From an uncultured delta proteobacterium (GTDB lineage Bacteria; Desulfobacterota; Binatia; UBA9968), in NCBI GenBank assembly GCA_963816145.1, contig CAWFJP010000031.1:160001-224000 (forward strand): DNA of 64,000 nucleotides. The letters are read 5' to 3'. Below the pieces are notes generated by a model that was given only the letters and a program-made list of their open reading frames with translations, had not been told where the DNA came from and did no database searches. The translations under genes were made by a program, and so were the position numbers. This document shows, piece by piece, positions 1-9,267 of the stretch (position 1 is its first letter; each line of letters opens with the position of its first letter).

Positions 1-344
1 CGGCGGTAATTCATCCAGCGGTCCCGACGGGCTTACGTCCACATCCCGTGAGGTCGTTGACGCCGGTCGCGCCGCCGGAGGCCACGCCTACATAGGATTC
101 CGTTGTGTATCCGACACGCAGTTGGTTTTGTAAAAATCGCCCAGCACGACCGCTCCAAAGCGGGAAAAAACTCGCGGTAAATTTTTCAACCGGTGAATTT
201 GTATGTCGCCACAGAGCGCCTGCCGCATCTCGCCGGCCATTATTTCGTTGACTGGAGACAGATACGGTCCAATGTTTGGGAAAGCGCACTGAACCAAAAA
301 AAGTGCAGAACTCTCGATTTCGAGAATCTCCAAACGCGCGACTG

Positions 345-962
345 CTAGCTGTTTACAGCGGCCCTCTTGAGATCGGCGGCCAGCTTGATGTTTTCGGACC
401 GGGTGACGCTGACGTTGAAATTGTAGGCGGGCGAGCGGAACTGGCTGAGCGCAAATTGCTGGCCCTCGGCTCGGCTGGCGTGGATGCAATTCTCCGGCAC
501 GTGGACGATGTAGTTTCTTATGTGAAACCCTATGACCGCGTGATAGACGCAATTGTTCGAGCCGATGCCGGTGACGACGATATGGTCCCGGCAAGGGCGG
601 AGATCGAATTTCCTCAGCTGCTCTTCCATGGACGTTTGATAGAAGCAGTCGTGGGAATACTTTTTTACGACCGGTTCGTTAGCAATGGGTTTAAGCTCCT
701 CGACAAACTCCACCGCTGGGCTGTCGTCGATGAGCGAGTACTCTTTACCGAAGAAGGTGAATTCGGGATGATCCTTCGTTCTCACCGATTGAACGTGGAT
801 GATGTTGCCATCGGCCTGGCGAAAGCGGTCCAACAAAGCCCTGATGTTGCGGATGACGGGTTTGAGTGTGGCGCCGTGCCGTTCACAGCCTTCAGCCTGC
901 ATGTCGACAATGATGAGAGCGGAACCTTGTGGAGAAAGCTCGATTGCCTGTTCAGCGTCCAT
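345..962 (-). CDS. Cysteine hydrolase (isochorismatase family)
   Basis: 205 aa; ALIIVDMQ, VVKKYSHDCF and VTGIGSNNCV give the D-K-C triad pattern; GAGG RBS upstream. Confidence 0.9.
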   Translation of the reverse strand: MDAEQAIELSPQGSALIIVDMQAEGCERHGATLKPVIRNIRALLDRFRQADGNIIHVQSVRTKDHPEFTFFGKEYSLIDDSPAVEFVEELKPIANEPVVKKYSHDCFYQTSMEEQLRKFDLRPCRDHIVVTGIGSNNCVYHAVIGFHIRNYIVHVPENCIHASRAEGQQFALSQFRSPAYNFNVSVTRSENIKLAADLKRAAVNS

Positions 963-994
963 GAGAACCTCCCGAAGAGTGCATCACATGTTCT

Positions 995-1165
995 TTACCG
1001 AGATCGGGCCGCGCGCGTCAAGTAAGTGTCGTCGAAATATTTCTGCGGCGGGTCCGAAATATCGATTTGTTTCAAAAGCACCGCGATGTTTTCCTTCTTG
1101 AGCCGGATATCCAGATCGGCCGCGTAATAATCCAACGCTTTTCTCTCGATGGCAATATCGCCGCG
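995..1165 (-). pseudogene. 3' fragment of a probable NitT/TauT-type solute-binding protein gene
   Basis: Manual translation GDIAIERKALDYYAADLDIRLKKENIAVLLKQIDISDPPQKYFDDTYLTRAARSR* with an in-frame stop just upstream; resembles SBP C-termini. Confidence 0.5.
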
Positions 1166-1334
1166 GAGCCCGGCTTAGTGGTCAAATCTTGCCTTGTGAT
1201 TTTCGCTGACCAAGGAGTTGCCGCTTGCCATCCAACATTCCGCCATGGTAGAGCGCAGCCATGGTTGCGAACCCGTGGAAGCTGATAGTTTTCACGATTT
1301 GGTTTATGTTCCTTGCCATGACCGCTGCGTGGGA

Positions 1335-1517
1335 AAATCTGGGGCCAGGCCTTTCAATCTTAACAATCATCCAGCCCCTTTCTCGCTCTCAATTTCATAA
1401 CCTCTTGCTCGCGATCGCCGCGCCTTCCGGCCGGCAGGACACGTAAGTTCGCCCACGCGGTCTGCGGGCGTCCTCGCCCGCCCAGGCCGCAGTCGGTGCC
1501 GGCGATGGCGTTTTCTC
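1335..1517 (-). repeat. MetE-II 3'-end repeat, copy 1, with terminal motif GGGGCCAGGCCTTTCAATCTTAACAATC
   Basis: Minus strand reads ENAIAGTDCGLGGRGRPQTAWANLRVL; aligns by eye with seven other copies. Confidence 0.85.
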
Positions 1518-1578
1518 ATGTTTAAGGAATAACCATCGGAACCGAGCGCGGGCACGTGTTTGCGCAACGGGCGGTGCC

Positions 1579-1884
1579 TTATGTTGAGCTACGTTCTTGC
1601 CAATAACGAGGACGCCGTTTTCCGTGGGCTACGGCGAGAACAACAACCTCTTCGCCGTGCAGCTCGTAGATAATCGAATAGGGGAATTTACGAACGATGA
1701 ATCGCCGCCGTTGGTTATCGAACTTCGGCCAGCGCAGCGGGCTCTGCGAGATGAGACGGACGCCGCGGTCTACTTCAGTTTCAAAGTTTGCAGCTAATGT
1801 GGCGCCGCGATCATGATACCACGAATAAGCTGCGGCATAGTCTTCGGAAGCGCCCGGATGAAACGTAACCTTAGCGAGAGCCAC
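1579..1884 (-). CDS. Type II toxin, RelE/ParE family
   Basis: 101 aa; RRFIVRKFPYSIIY and VLAVAHGKRRPRYW; overlaps the upstream antitoxin. Confidence 0.9.
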   Translation of the reverse strand: MALAKVTFHPGASEDYAAAYSWYHDRGATLAANFETEVDRGVRLISQSPLRWPKFDNQRRRFIVRKFPYSIIYELHGEEVVVLAVAHGKRRPRYWQERSST

Positions 1885-2110
1885 GAATCCGTTCTCTCGC
1901 TCGAGACTTTACAGCGGCCCAAGGTATGGGGCGGACGATTCCTTGTTTGACTTCATCGGAGCGGCGTTCGACTTCCGCACCCCAAGCTGCATCGACATCG
2001 TCGTCGCTCTGCGGATCTAGGCTCGCCAGTAGTTCCTCGACGATTTCGAGTCGATCGTTTTCGGGAAGTCGTTTGGCTGCGTTGACAATGTCTTTGGCAG
2101 GGCGTGTCAT
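1871..2110 (-). CDS. Putative addiction module antitoxin
   Basis: 79 aa acidic; LPENDRLEIVEELLASL, AAWGAEVERR and PIPW are typical of ParE-linked addiction module components. Confidence 0.85.
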   Translation of the reverse strand: MTRPAKDIVNAAKRLPENDRLEIVEELLASLDPQSDDDVDAAWGAEVERRSDEVKQGIVRPIPWAAVKSRARERIRGSR

Positions 2111-2203
2111 GGATCAAACCTCACAATTTCAGTCGGTACAGTAAAACCCCGCTCTTTTAGCCGGTTACCGAGCAGGACTTAAGTTTATTACCATTTCCAG
2201 AGG

Positions 2204-2250
2204 GGCGCCAGGGTCATAGGCGCCAGGGCCTGAGTATTGACTTGTTAGCT
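2204..2250. repeat. REP-like terminal motif (GGCCTGAGTATTGA) with a local duplication
   Basis: GGCGCCAGGG occurs twice; the motif recurs near 5037, 32168 and (reverse) 34225-34240. Confidence 0.55.
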
Positions 2251-2368
2251 ATCAGAATATTCTGTACCGCTCGACTTGAGTCCATTGAGGGGCTCTCGCT
2301 AAATGAAGAGGCGTCAATTGTTTGTATTGAACATCGTGAGCGTCAATGACGAATAACTATTCGTCATA

Positions 2369-2686
2369 TCACCCCGCTTTCAGTTCGCGTTCCAACCGTT
2401 CCGCGAGCCATATTCGGGCAAGGGTCGTCGCGTCCGTTGTTCGCTGGCGCGCAAGCTTGCTCAGCACGGCCTTCATGGCCGGCGGAAGACGCATATTGAG
2501 TTGGGCGGTATTGTCCTGGAAAATCGCTTCTCGAAGAACCTCGTCTAAATCGTTGTGATCCTCGACGACTTCAGATACGCCCGTTTCTAGCCGATCGAAT
2601 ACGTCATGGGATTTTGTCCAGCGGATAACCTCTTCATCCGTCGACTTGCTCGTCAGGCGGGAAGCTTTTCGATTTGTCTTTTTCAT
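2369..2686 (-). CDS. Putative antitoxin with C-terminal ribbon-helix-helix (CopG/BrnA-like)
   Basis: 105 aa; QLNMRLPPAMKAVLSKLARQR...LARIWLAERL; ATGA overlap with the upstream gene. Confidence 0.7.
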   Translation of the reverse strand: MKKTNRKASRLTSKSTDEEVIRWTKSHDVFDRLETGVSEVVEDHNDLDEVLREAIFQDNTAQLNMRLPPAMKAVLSKLARQRTTDATTLARIWLAERLERELKAG

Positions 2687-2940
2687 CTTCGGTGTCTCCG
2701 ATAACGCCTTTTTTGGGCTTCGGTCATGCCGTTCATATGAAAAACTCTTAGCCGATGGTCCGGTAAAACACGATAGACAACATGGAGGTATGATCCGCTT
2801 AAATTCCTTCCGAGCAATTCATAGACCTCGTCAAGCCCGCGTTGACTGCGAATCTTCAAGTAATCCGCCGCTAACAGTTCATAAAAGTCTTGTTTGGTGT
2901 AGCCGTGCCGAAACGCGGAGCTGGTGAATACGGCCTCCAT
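2683..2940 (-). CDS. Putative BrnT-like type II toxin
   Basis: YELLGRNLSGSYLHVVY and RVFHMNGMTEAQKRRYRR; toxin-first two-gene layout; ATG 2940 chosen over TTG 2958. Confidence 0.65.
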   Translation of the reverse strand: MEAVFTSSAFRHGYTKQDFYELLAADYLKIRSQRGLDEVYELLGRNLSGSYLHVVYRVLPDHRLRVFHMNGMTEAQKRRYRRHRR

Positions 2941-3014
2941 TGAGCGGGATTCTAGCAATTGCTATACGTCACCGCAAACCTCAATCGACTGTTCTCGCCG
3001 CAAGGGAATCAACT

Positions 3015-3165
3015 GGGGCCAGGCCTTTCAATCTTAACAATCTTCCGGCCGCTTTCTCGCCCTCATTTCCACAACTTTTTGCTCGCGATCGCCGCGCCGT
3101 CGCGCAGGACAGGTAACTTCGCCCACCCGATCTGCGGGTGTACTCGCCCGCGTAGGCGCCAGTCG
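3015..3165 (-). repeat. MetE-II 3'-end repeat, copy 2
   Basis: Reads DWRLRGRVHPQIGWAKLPVLRDGAAIASKKLWK* followed by the same terminal motif. Confidence 0.85.
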
Positions 3166-3220
3166 AGCGGGCGCCAAGGGGCCGTAGCCACGCACACTCG
3201 CCTCGGTGCCCGGCAGTGCT

Positions 3221-4777
3221 TTAACCTGCCGGCACTTTGGCCACGGGCTTGCCGCGGAGCCCTGCCTTAACAAGCTGCGCGAGAAATTCGGCGAACGGCG
3301 CAATGTTCTGCCGCACGCTCGCATCTTCAAGAGCAGCCATGTAGGCATGGCGCCGCTCCAAAGGCACCACTGTCCAGGGGTAACCGCCTGAAGCCAGCAT
3401 CACGTTCATCAGGAAGCGGCCGATACGGCCGTTGCCGTCCATATAGGGGTGGATATAGACGAAGATGAAATGCCCGAGCACGACCCGCACCGACGGCTCG
3501 GATTCCTGCGTCAGCATCTCGAAAAATACCGGCATGGCATCGCGCACCGCTTTGTAGTCGGGCGGAACGTGCATTGAGCGCCGGATATAGACGGGCGCGT
3601 TGCGATGCCCGGCAAGGTCTGCAGGCCGCAGCAAGCCAGCGGTGACGCTCGGTGCAAACATTTCCCGGTACCATGCTCCGTGATCCTCCTCGGCGACGTT
3701 GCCGGGATTCTCGCCGGCCAGCACCCGGCGCACGCTCTTCTGCACGGCCTGGAATGCCAGCCAGTAGCCTCTTGCCGCCAGAGCATTGCGGTGCTCGCGG
3801 TCCTGTTCGTTTGCATCAGGGTTCCAAGTGCCGCCGCGCACCCGCTCGATCAGCGCGGGGCTGACGCGGTAGCCTTCGATCGATAGCGAGTGATAGGCGT
3901 CGGTGACATAAACATCCTGCACATGCTTGAGATAGGTCTCGATATTCTTCGGCCGTCCCGGCGATTCAGGAAATTTTTCGATGACGGGGCCGCGCATCTG
4001 CTGCCACGTCAGGCGGATGCGGCCCGCGTAAGGAGACGCTTCGCGCCGGGGAAGCACGAGATTGATCCTGCCGGCGAACGGGTCTTGTTCACGCACGTCG
4101 TAACCGGCAGCGCGCATGGCGCTGACGATGTCATCCGCAATGCGGTCGCGGCCGATGTTGCGGAACGCTCCGGCAAGCCGTCCGGCAATCGTGCTGTGCC
4201 CGCCCTCCAGAAGGCGGTTTAGCACTTCGGAAGCATCGCGGATCGCCGCAAGCGCGGCGCGCGCGTCGGTAGGGTTGTTTTCGAAAAACGCGGGCGAGCT
4301 GGCAATGAGAGAAGCAAGCAGCGAAAACAGCCTCAGCCCTTCTTTCTCCTCGATATCTTTCTCATCCGGGATGGCGGTGCGAACATCCAGAAGCGATGTT
4401 CCGTAGGGAAGCGGTGTCGCGTTGTTGCCCCCTCGCGGCGAGCGCACCACGAGCTGGGGCGGCACCGTTCGGTTGCCGGTATGCAGAGAGAGGGAATGCT
4501 CCGGTGATAGACACCACGCGCGGCCAAAGCGCTCGCGCAGGTAGGCCGCGCAAAAGGCCCAGAACGAGGCGTACCAGGCTGTGCTTTCACCGGCGGCGTC
4601 ATCCGGGCGCGCGGCTATGTACCAGCCCTTGATGACCTCTTGCAGGAAGCCGTTCTTTAGCAGGCGCTCCCGGTGGGCACGGGAAAGATCGGCTGCCCGG
4701 ATCGCGGCAATGCCCTGGTCCTGAAGCGCCTTCAGGGCGTCAAGGGATTCAGCCAGTTTTTCCTGTGGCGATGGCAT
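3221..4777 (-). CDS. Fic family protein with long N-terminal extension
   Basis: 518 aa; HPYMDGNGRIGR Fic catalytic motif. Confidence 0.92.
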   Translation of the reverse strand: MPSPQEKLAESLDALKALQDQGIAAIRAADLSRAHRERLLKNGFLQEVIKGWYIAARPDDAAGESTAWYASFWAFCAAYLRERFGRAWCLSPEHSLSLHTGNRTVPPQLVVRSPRGGNNATPLPYGTSLLDVRTAIPDEKDIEEKEGLRLFSLLASLIASSPAFFENNPTDARAALAAIRDASEVLNRLLEGGHSTIAGRLAGAFRNIGRDRIADDIVSAMRAAGYDVREQDPFAGRINLVLPRREASPYAGRIRLTWQQMRGPVIEKFPESPGRPKNIETYLKHVQDVYVTDAYHSLSIEGYRVSPALIERVRGGTWNPDANEQDREHRNALAARGYWLAFQAVQKSVRRVLAGENPGNVAEEDHGAWYREMFAPSVTAGLLRPADLAGHRNAPVYIRRSMHVPPDYKAVRDAMPVFFEMLTQESEPSVRVVLGHFIFVYIHPYMDGNGRIGRFLMNVMLASGGYPWTVVPLERRHAYMAALEDASVRQNIAPFAEFLAQLVKAGLRGKPVAKVPAG

Positions 4778-4792
4778 CGGTACGTTCCATTA

Positions 4793-4912
4793 TTAGTTTT
4801 TGGTGCCGGATATATGTTAGTTTATTATGTTGTACTATTATTAGTTTATTATGCTGTAGCATTTTTAGTTTATTCTGTCGAGCGTCTTTTAGTCTCTTGT
4901 GCGGGTTGATTT
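4793..4912. repeat. Five phased 24-bp imperfect direct repeats upstream of fic
   Basis: TTAGT starts at 4793, 4817, 4841, 4865 and 4889; the central three share TTAGTTTATT. Confidence 0.85.
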
Positions 4913-4945
4913 TGAGCATATAAGCGAGTGCTAAAGTAAGGCTAA

Positions 4946-5062
4946 GCATAGAGAGCATAGAGCGATCGAGAGCATAGAGGGTCGCATCTTTACTTAAGGC
5001 GTTCGGCTGTCGATTACCCACGGGTTATCGGGCCGAGCCTGGGTATTGAGTTATTTTTTCCC
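4946..5062 (+). repeat. ~90-bp dispersed element, copy 1, preceded by CATAGAG stutter
   Basis: 4973-5062 is nearly identical to 32104-32193. Confidence 0.85.
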
Positions 5063-5281
5063 GACCGACGGGACCCTAGGTACAGGCTCCGGTCTTGAAT
5101 CAATGCAGACGAAAGACCAATGGGCGACCCGAACTCCGTCTTGAGTCGAGTTTGATTTTTGGAAAAGAACTTTGAAAGGCACCGGTGGCGTGCTGATAGC
5201 TGATGGCCGGCGGGCCGTAGACCGTGACTTGGTCCTCTTTTAGCCGGGCATAAATTTTATGCTCGTCATAGCGCTTACGCG

Positions 5282-6343
5282 CTAGCGCCTCTTTCCGTCG
5301 CCGAAAAGCTCCCCGACCAATTTTCGCACCGGCTCGATGTCCTCGTATTTCGCCAAACTCGTCAGCATGTACTTGCCGCCCTCTTTGGGGACCTGTAACT
5401 CCAGGAATTCGAGCATGTCCTTGGGAATATCCGTGCGAAATGAGTTTCTTCCGGTGTTCTTTTGCCAATTGAGTTGACCGTCGCGCGACAAAAACCAGTT
5501 GACGTAAAGCTGCGCCGCATTGGGATGGGGCCCGTCTTTGAACATGCTGATATGACCCGAGCCGCTGGCGATGGCGTCGCCTTCTTTGTCGCTGAAGATT
5601 TGCGCCACCGGCAAACCTTGCTTGCGCGCGCTTGCGGTATTTTCGATCTTCGCCAGCAAGTTGATTTGATATTTCCCCGCCGCCAGCCAATCCATCATCT
5701 GGCGCTCGTCCTGAGCGAAAACAACATCCATCTCGGCCACCAGCCGGCGCAGATATTTGGCCCCAAGATCGTCATCGTAATAGAGGAAGCGCCAACTGCC
5801 GACGTTGCCCAAGCCGCGCGGATCGTTCGACACGAACTTGCCCTTCCACTTGGGGTTGAGCAAATCCCACCAGGACTTGATCTCGCTCGCTTTCACCAAT
5901 CCGGTGTTGATCGCGCCGATCCCCGAGCCGGCATCGCCCTGCGACATGAACACATACCGGTTGTCGCTATCGGCATAAAAATGCTTCTTGCCCCACCACT
6001 TGGATAGATCGCGGACTTCGGGTGAAAGTAGAATCTCGGGCAGCGATTTGAGCGCGCCGGCTTTGTGGTAAAGGATCATCGGCGGACCGCCGCCGACCGC
6101 AACATCGACAAGATACTTGCCCGCGCGTCGCTCGGCGAAAACTTTCTTGGAAAGATCGCTGCCCTGGCCGCCGACGAAATTTATTTTGATTTTTGGATAC
6201 GCGTCGGCGAAGGCCTGAATCGACTTGGCGACGCCGGCCCGCGCCTGCCCATAAATCGTCACTTCGCTTTCCTTCTCGGCAGCGGCGACGAGTTTGTCCC
6301 AATCCGGTTGTGGCTGGGCGAAGACAGCGGGAAGAAAAATCAA
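5282..6343 (-). CDS. ABC transporter extracellular solute-binding protein (iron/thiamine-like cluster); possible frameshift in the signal peptide
   Basis: WDKLVAAAEKE, SWWDLLNPKWKGK, PHPNAAQLYVNWFLSRDGQ; a plausible MRVGSL start lies one base out of frame near 6383. Confidence 0.85.
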   Translation of the reverse strand: MIFLPAVFAQPQPDWDKLVAAAEKESEVTIYGQARAGVAKSIQAFADAYPKIKINFVGGQGSDLSKKVFAERRAGKYLVDVAVGGGPPMILYHKAGALKSLPEILLSPEVRDLSKWWGKKHFYADSDNRYVFMSQGDAGSGIGAINTGLVKASEIKSWWDLLNPKWKGKFVSNDPRGLGNVGSWRFLYYDDDLGAKYLRRLVAEMDVVFAQDERQMMDWLAAGKYQINLLAKIENTASARKQGLPVAQIFSDKEGDAIASGSGHISMFKDGPHPNAAQLYVNWFLSRDGQLNWQKNTGRNSFRTDIPKDMLEFLELQVPKEGGKYMLTSLAKYEDIEPVRKLVGELFGDGKRR

Positions 6344-6576
6344 ATTGACCAGCGAGATAGCAGATCAGGCTACCAACCCGCATCGCCAATACTTTCGCGC
6401 CGGCTGCCAACCCCATAGCGTCGAACCATAATCGAATACGTCCCCGGTTCGCAAACACAAGCGGCGGCCGATAGGGTGGCATCGAGCTAGTCCCGGGTTT
6501 GACGGACACCATGAAAGGGCTTAAAAATCCGGGAGAGGTTTTCGCTCGGAAAGCCGAAGCGATTTAGCGCTGAGTT

Positions 6577-6859
6577 TTAACCCTAGACCGACAATAAAAA
6601 TTCGCTTCGACTCGCCATCGTGATAGATGAACCATCCGCTCAGGGCTCTCTGCAATAAGATTTCCTTCCCCCGCCACGGGGGAAGGCAGGATGGGGGCCG
6701 TCCCTCGCTGCGATGGTTTGCCCCCACCTTCATCCTCCCCCGAAGCGGGGGAGGAAACAGAAAGTCACTGCCGGTTATGCTTCTGGCCCGCTGTGTACTT
6801 CAATTTTGTACTCTCGAATTCAAATAAAATGCGTTCAGATATTGTCGGTTTAGAGTTAA
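6577..6859. mobile_element. MITE family A, copy 1 (TTAA-bounded, ~20-bp TIR)
   Basis: TTAACCCTAGACCGACAATA ... TATTGTCGGTTTAGAGTTAA; internal GC hairpins; homologous to 7292-7577. Confidence 0.85.
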
Positions 6860-7037
6860 GTCGAATATTCCCCGCAGCTTGCTGCGGGCGCAAAATTGTT
6901 GGGGTTTCCAAAGGGGGTTGAACATCCCCTTTGGTCGCGATCGGGGTCCATACTCCGATCGCGAAATGCCGGGTTGATTGAGCGGCCGCGCGGCTGCTGA
7001 AAAGTTTATCGCTTAAGCAGAGATCGGAGGGGAGAAC

Positions 7038-7205
7038 ATGGAAGAGGGTGTGACGATTGCCAAGGTGCCGGACTGGATGACGCTCAAGCCCGAGATGATG
7101 GCGCATCTGATCCGGGAGCACGAGAAGTTGGGGCGCACCCTGAGCGAAGCAGAGACCGTCACATTGCTGCGCAGCTTGGGATTCGAAATCAGCGAGCCGA
7201 AGTGA
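7038..7205 (+). CDS. Small hypothetical protein (55 aa), below the ORF-track cutoff
   Basis: GGAGGGGAGAAC-ATG; MEEGVTIAKVPDWMTLKPEMMAHLIREHEKLGRTLSEAETVTLLRSLGFEISEPK*. Confidence 0.6.
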   Translation: MEEGVTIAKVPDWMTLKPEMMAHLIREHEKLGRTLSEAETVTLLRSLGFEISEPK

Positions 7206-7267
7206 TGCGGCATAGAGGGCCGCTTCGAGCAGAAATCCCAAGGTCATTCCTGCCTGGATGGCCCGAA

Positions 7268-7640
7268 AATCTGCGGCCAGGTCTTTCAGTTTTAACCCTA
7301 GACCGACAATAAAAATTCGCTTCCACTTGGCATCACGTGAAAGATGAACCATTCTCTCCGGGCTATCTGGAATAAGATTTCCTTCCCCCGTCTCGGGGGA
7401 AGGAAGGATGGGGGCCGTCTCCGGCTGCGACTGTTTGCCCCCACCTTCATCCTCCCCCGAGGCGGGGGAGGAAATAAAAAGTCACCGCCCGTTATGCTTC
7501 TTGGCCTCCGTGCACTCCGACTTTGTACTCTCAAACTCAAAAAGAATACGCTTCAGATATTGTCGGTTTAAGGTTAACAATCCTCCAGCCCGTTTCTCAC
7601 CCTCAACTCCACAGCTTCTCACTCGCCATCGCGGCGCCGC
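7268..7640 (-). repeat. MetE-II 3'-end repeat, copy 3 (short), split by MITE A copy 2
   Basis: Removing the MITE restores GGCCAGGTCTTTCAGTTTTAACAATCCTCCAGCCC; reads GAAMASEKLWS*. Confidence 0.8.
7292..7577. mobile_element. MITE family A, copy 2
   Basis: TTAACCCTAGACCGACAATA ... TATTGTCGGTTTAAGGTTAA; TTAA is duplicated relative to the empty site seen at 1360 and 3034. Confidence 0.88.
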
Positions 7641-7648
7641 AGCACCGG

Positions 7649-8386
7649 CTATTTCACACATTCGATGAAGCTGATCGGCGGATAATCCAAAAGGCTCGTC
7701 CAGTACTCCTGGTTCTTTTCCGCCAGCCCGGCCGGCGACAGTCTTGGCGCATGCCAGCGAACCTGGCGAAAGCCCGCCTGACGGAAGGCGTCTTCATGAG
7801 TCGCTACGCTCAGGTAATAGTTTTCGATGTCGAAGGGACCGTCTTCGAGATAAAACGTCCAGGTGATCGGCGCGCCCTCGCGCCAGTCGCCCACCACGGT
7901 AGTTTCGAAGCCGTACTTGCGGTACGAAGGCGCGGCGGGAAAATTCAAGGCCGGGTTGCAGTTCACCGTCAGGAAACGACCGCCTGGTCGCAGCGAGCGC
8001 GCGATGCCATCGCACATCGACTGCAGCTCGTCGCGATTGTGGGCGTAGTTGAGCAGATAAGCGGCCACCGCCAGGTCGAACGGCTCCATGCCGGATAATT
8101 GCCGCGCGTCGCCGACGATATAGTCGATGCCGAGCTGATGCTGGCTCTCCTGACGGCGGGCCAGCTCGATCATGCCCGCGGACAGATCGACGCCGGTCAC
8201 CCGCGCCGCGCCGTGCTGACGAATCATCCTGGTATAAAAACCTTCGCCGCAGGCGACGTCGAGCACCGCCAGGCCGCGCGGATCGGCCATCAACTCCATG
8301 AGCGTGTAGCACTCGATGAAGGTCCGCCAGGGTTGCTGCTTGGAACGCTGGTACTGCTCGGCAATGGGATCGTAGTTCGTGGTCAT
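7649..8386 (-). CDS. Class I SAM-dependent methyltransferase, ToxA-like
   Basis: 245 aa; VLDVACGEG, VTGVDLS, FDLAVAAYLLNYA, LRPGG. Confidence 0.88.
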   Translation of the reverse strand: MTTNYDPIAEQYQRSKQQPWRTFIECYTLMELMADPRGLAVLDVACGEGFYTRMIRQHGAARVTGVDLSAGMIELARRQESQHQLGIDYIVGDARQLSGMEPFDLAVAAYLLNYAHNRDELQSMCDGIARSLRPGGRFLTVNCNPALNFPAAPSYRKYGFETTVVGDWREGAPITWTFYLEDGPFDIENYYLSVATHEDAFRQAGFRQVRWHAPRLSPAGLAEKNQEYWTSLLDYPPISFIECVK

Positions 8387-8404
8387 CAGCGGCTCTACTC
8401 CGGT

Positions 8405-9112
8405 TTAAGCAGGTTGCCGATTCGCGCCGGGCGAGTTGGCCGGCGAATTTCTCAACTCGAATTCCGGCGGCGGCGGACACTGCGGATTCACCCACTGGAT
8501 GACCTCGGCCCAGCCGGCGCTGTCGGGGTCATGCTGCAGGTAGCCATGGATCGGTTTGACCGCCGTCCAGCCGTCTTTGATGTGGATGCTCAGCACCGGA
8601 TCGAAGAGTGTGGCGCTCAAAACTGCGGCGACGTAGTCCTCGATGGCCATCGTCGAGCAGTGTTTGCAGAAGCCGGGCAATCGGCTGGCGCCGACCAGAC
8701 GCCACAGTTTTTCGTCCTGCACGAGAAAGCGCGCCTGATCCGTCAAGGCGTGGGCGATGCCATGGTGTTGCTGGTCGGGGTGCACCATGATGTCGGCGCC
8801 GTAAAGCGTGTGTCCCTCGGGATTGTGATCGAGGAACGAACCGCCGGCGGTGAGGATATCCCACGGGTCGTCGATGTGAAAATCCATCAGGCGCAGTCGC
8901 AAAGTGAAATGGACGCCGGCCACGGCATTACGAGACTCTTCGATGGCCACGAACTGCCCCTGGGGAAAGACCTGGCGGTGGTCTTCGAGTTCTTCGGCCG
9001 TGTAGGGCTCCTCGCTGGGGTAGACCATTTTGCAGATCTCGATGATCGCGTCGTAGTCCGAGGGGGCGACCAGACGGATGCGGTAGTTGGGTGGAAGCAT
9101 GTCAGGCTGCAT
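8405..9112 (-). CDS. GNAT family N-acetyltransferase (YkwB-like)
   Basis: FPQGQFVA, GHTLYGADIMVHP, FDPVLSIHIKDGW; overlaps nothing and lies 18 bp upstream of the MTase. Confidence 0.85.
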   Translation of the reverse strand: MQPDMLPPNYRIRLVAPSDYDAIIEICKMVYPSEEPYTAEELEDHRQVFPQGQFVAIEESRNAVAGVHFTLRLRLMDFHIDDPWDILTAGGSFLDHNPEGHTLYGADIMVHPDQQHHGIAHALTDQARFLVQDEKLWRLVGASRLPGFCKHCSTMAIEDYVAAVLSATLFDPVLSIHIKDGWTAVKPIHGYLQHDPDSAGWAEVIQWVNPQCPPPPEFELRNSPANSPGANRQPA

Positions 9113-9267
9113 AGGTCGTAGCTGAAACCCCTTTCATCGTTACGGGTCGACGCTTGCGCCCCGTGCGCTCTGGCCGGAATGAGTCCTGTAATATGCAAGC
9201 GGGCCGTTGATCTGACGCGATGCTATATAGTCTGGCTCGCGGGCCGTCAAGCGAGTGACGCCGGCGT

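Noticed and set aside
1-340. Short ORFs or a possible ncRNA at the window start
   Set aside because: No recognisable protein motif or RNA family; context is cut by the window edge.
4793-4912. Possible mini-CRISPR array
   Set aside because: The 24-bp period with a ~10-bp core is far too short for repeat plus spacer, and no cas genes are present.
1335-5062. Integron with attC sites
   Set aside because: No tyrosine integrase is present, and the separators are gene-tail repeats without the RYYYAAC/GTTRRRY attC structure.
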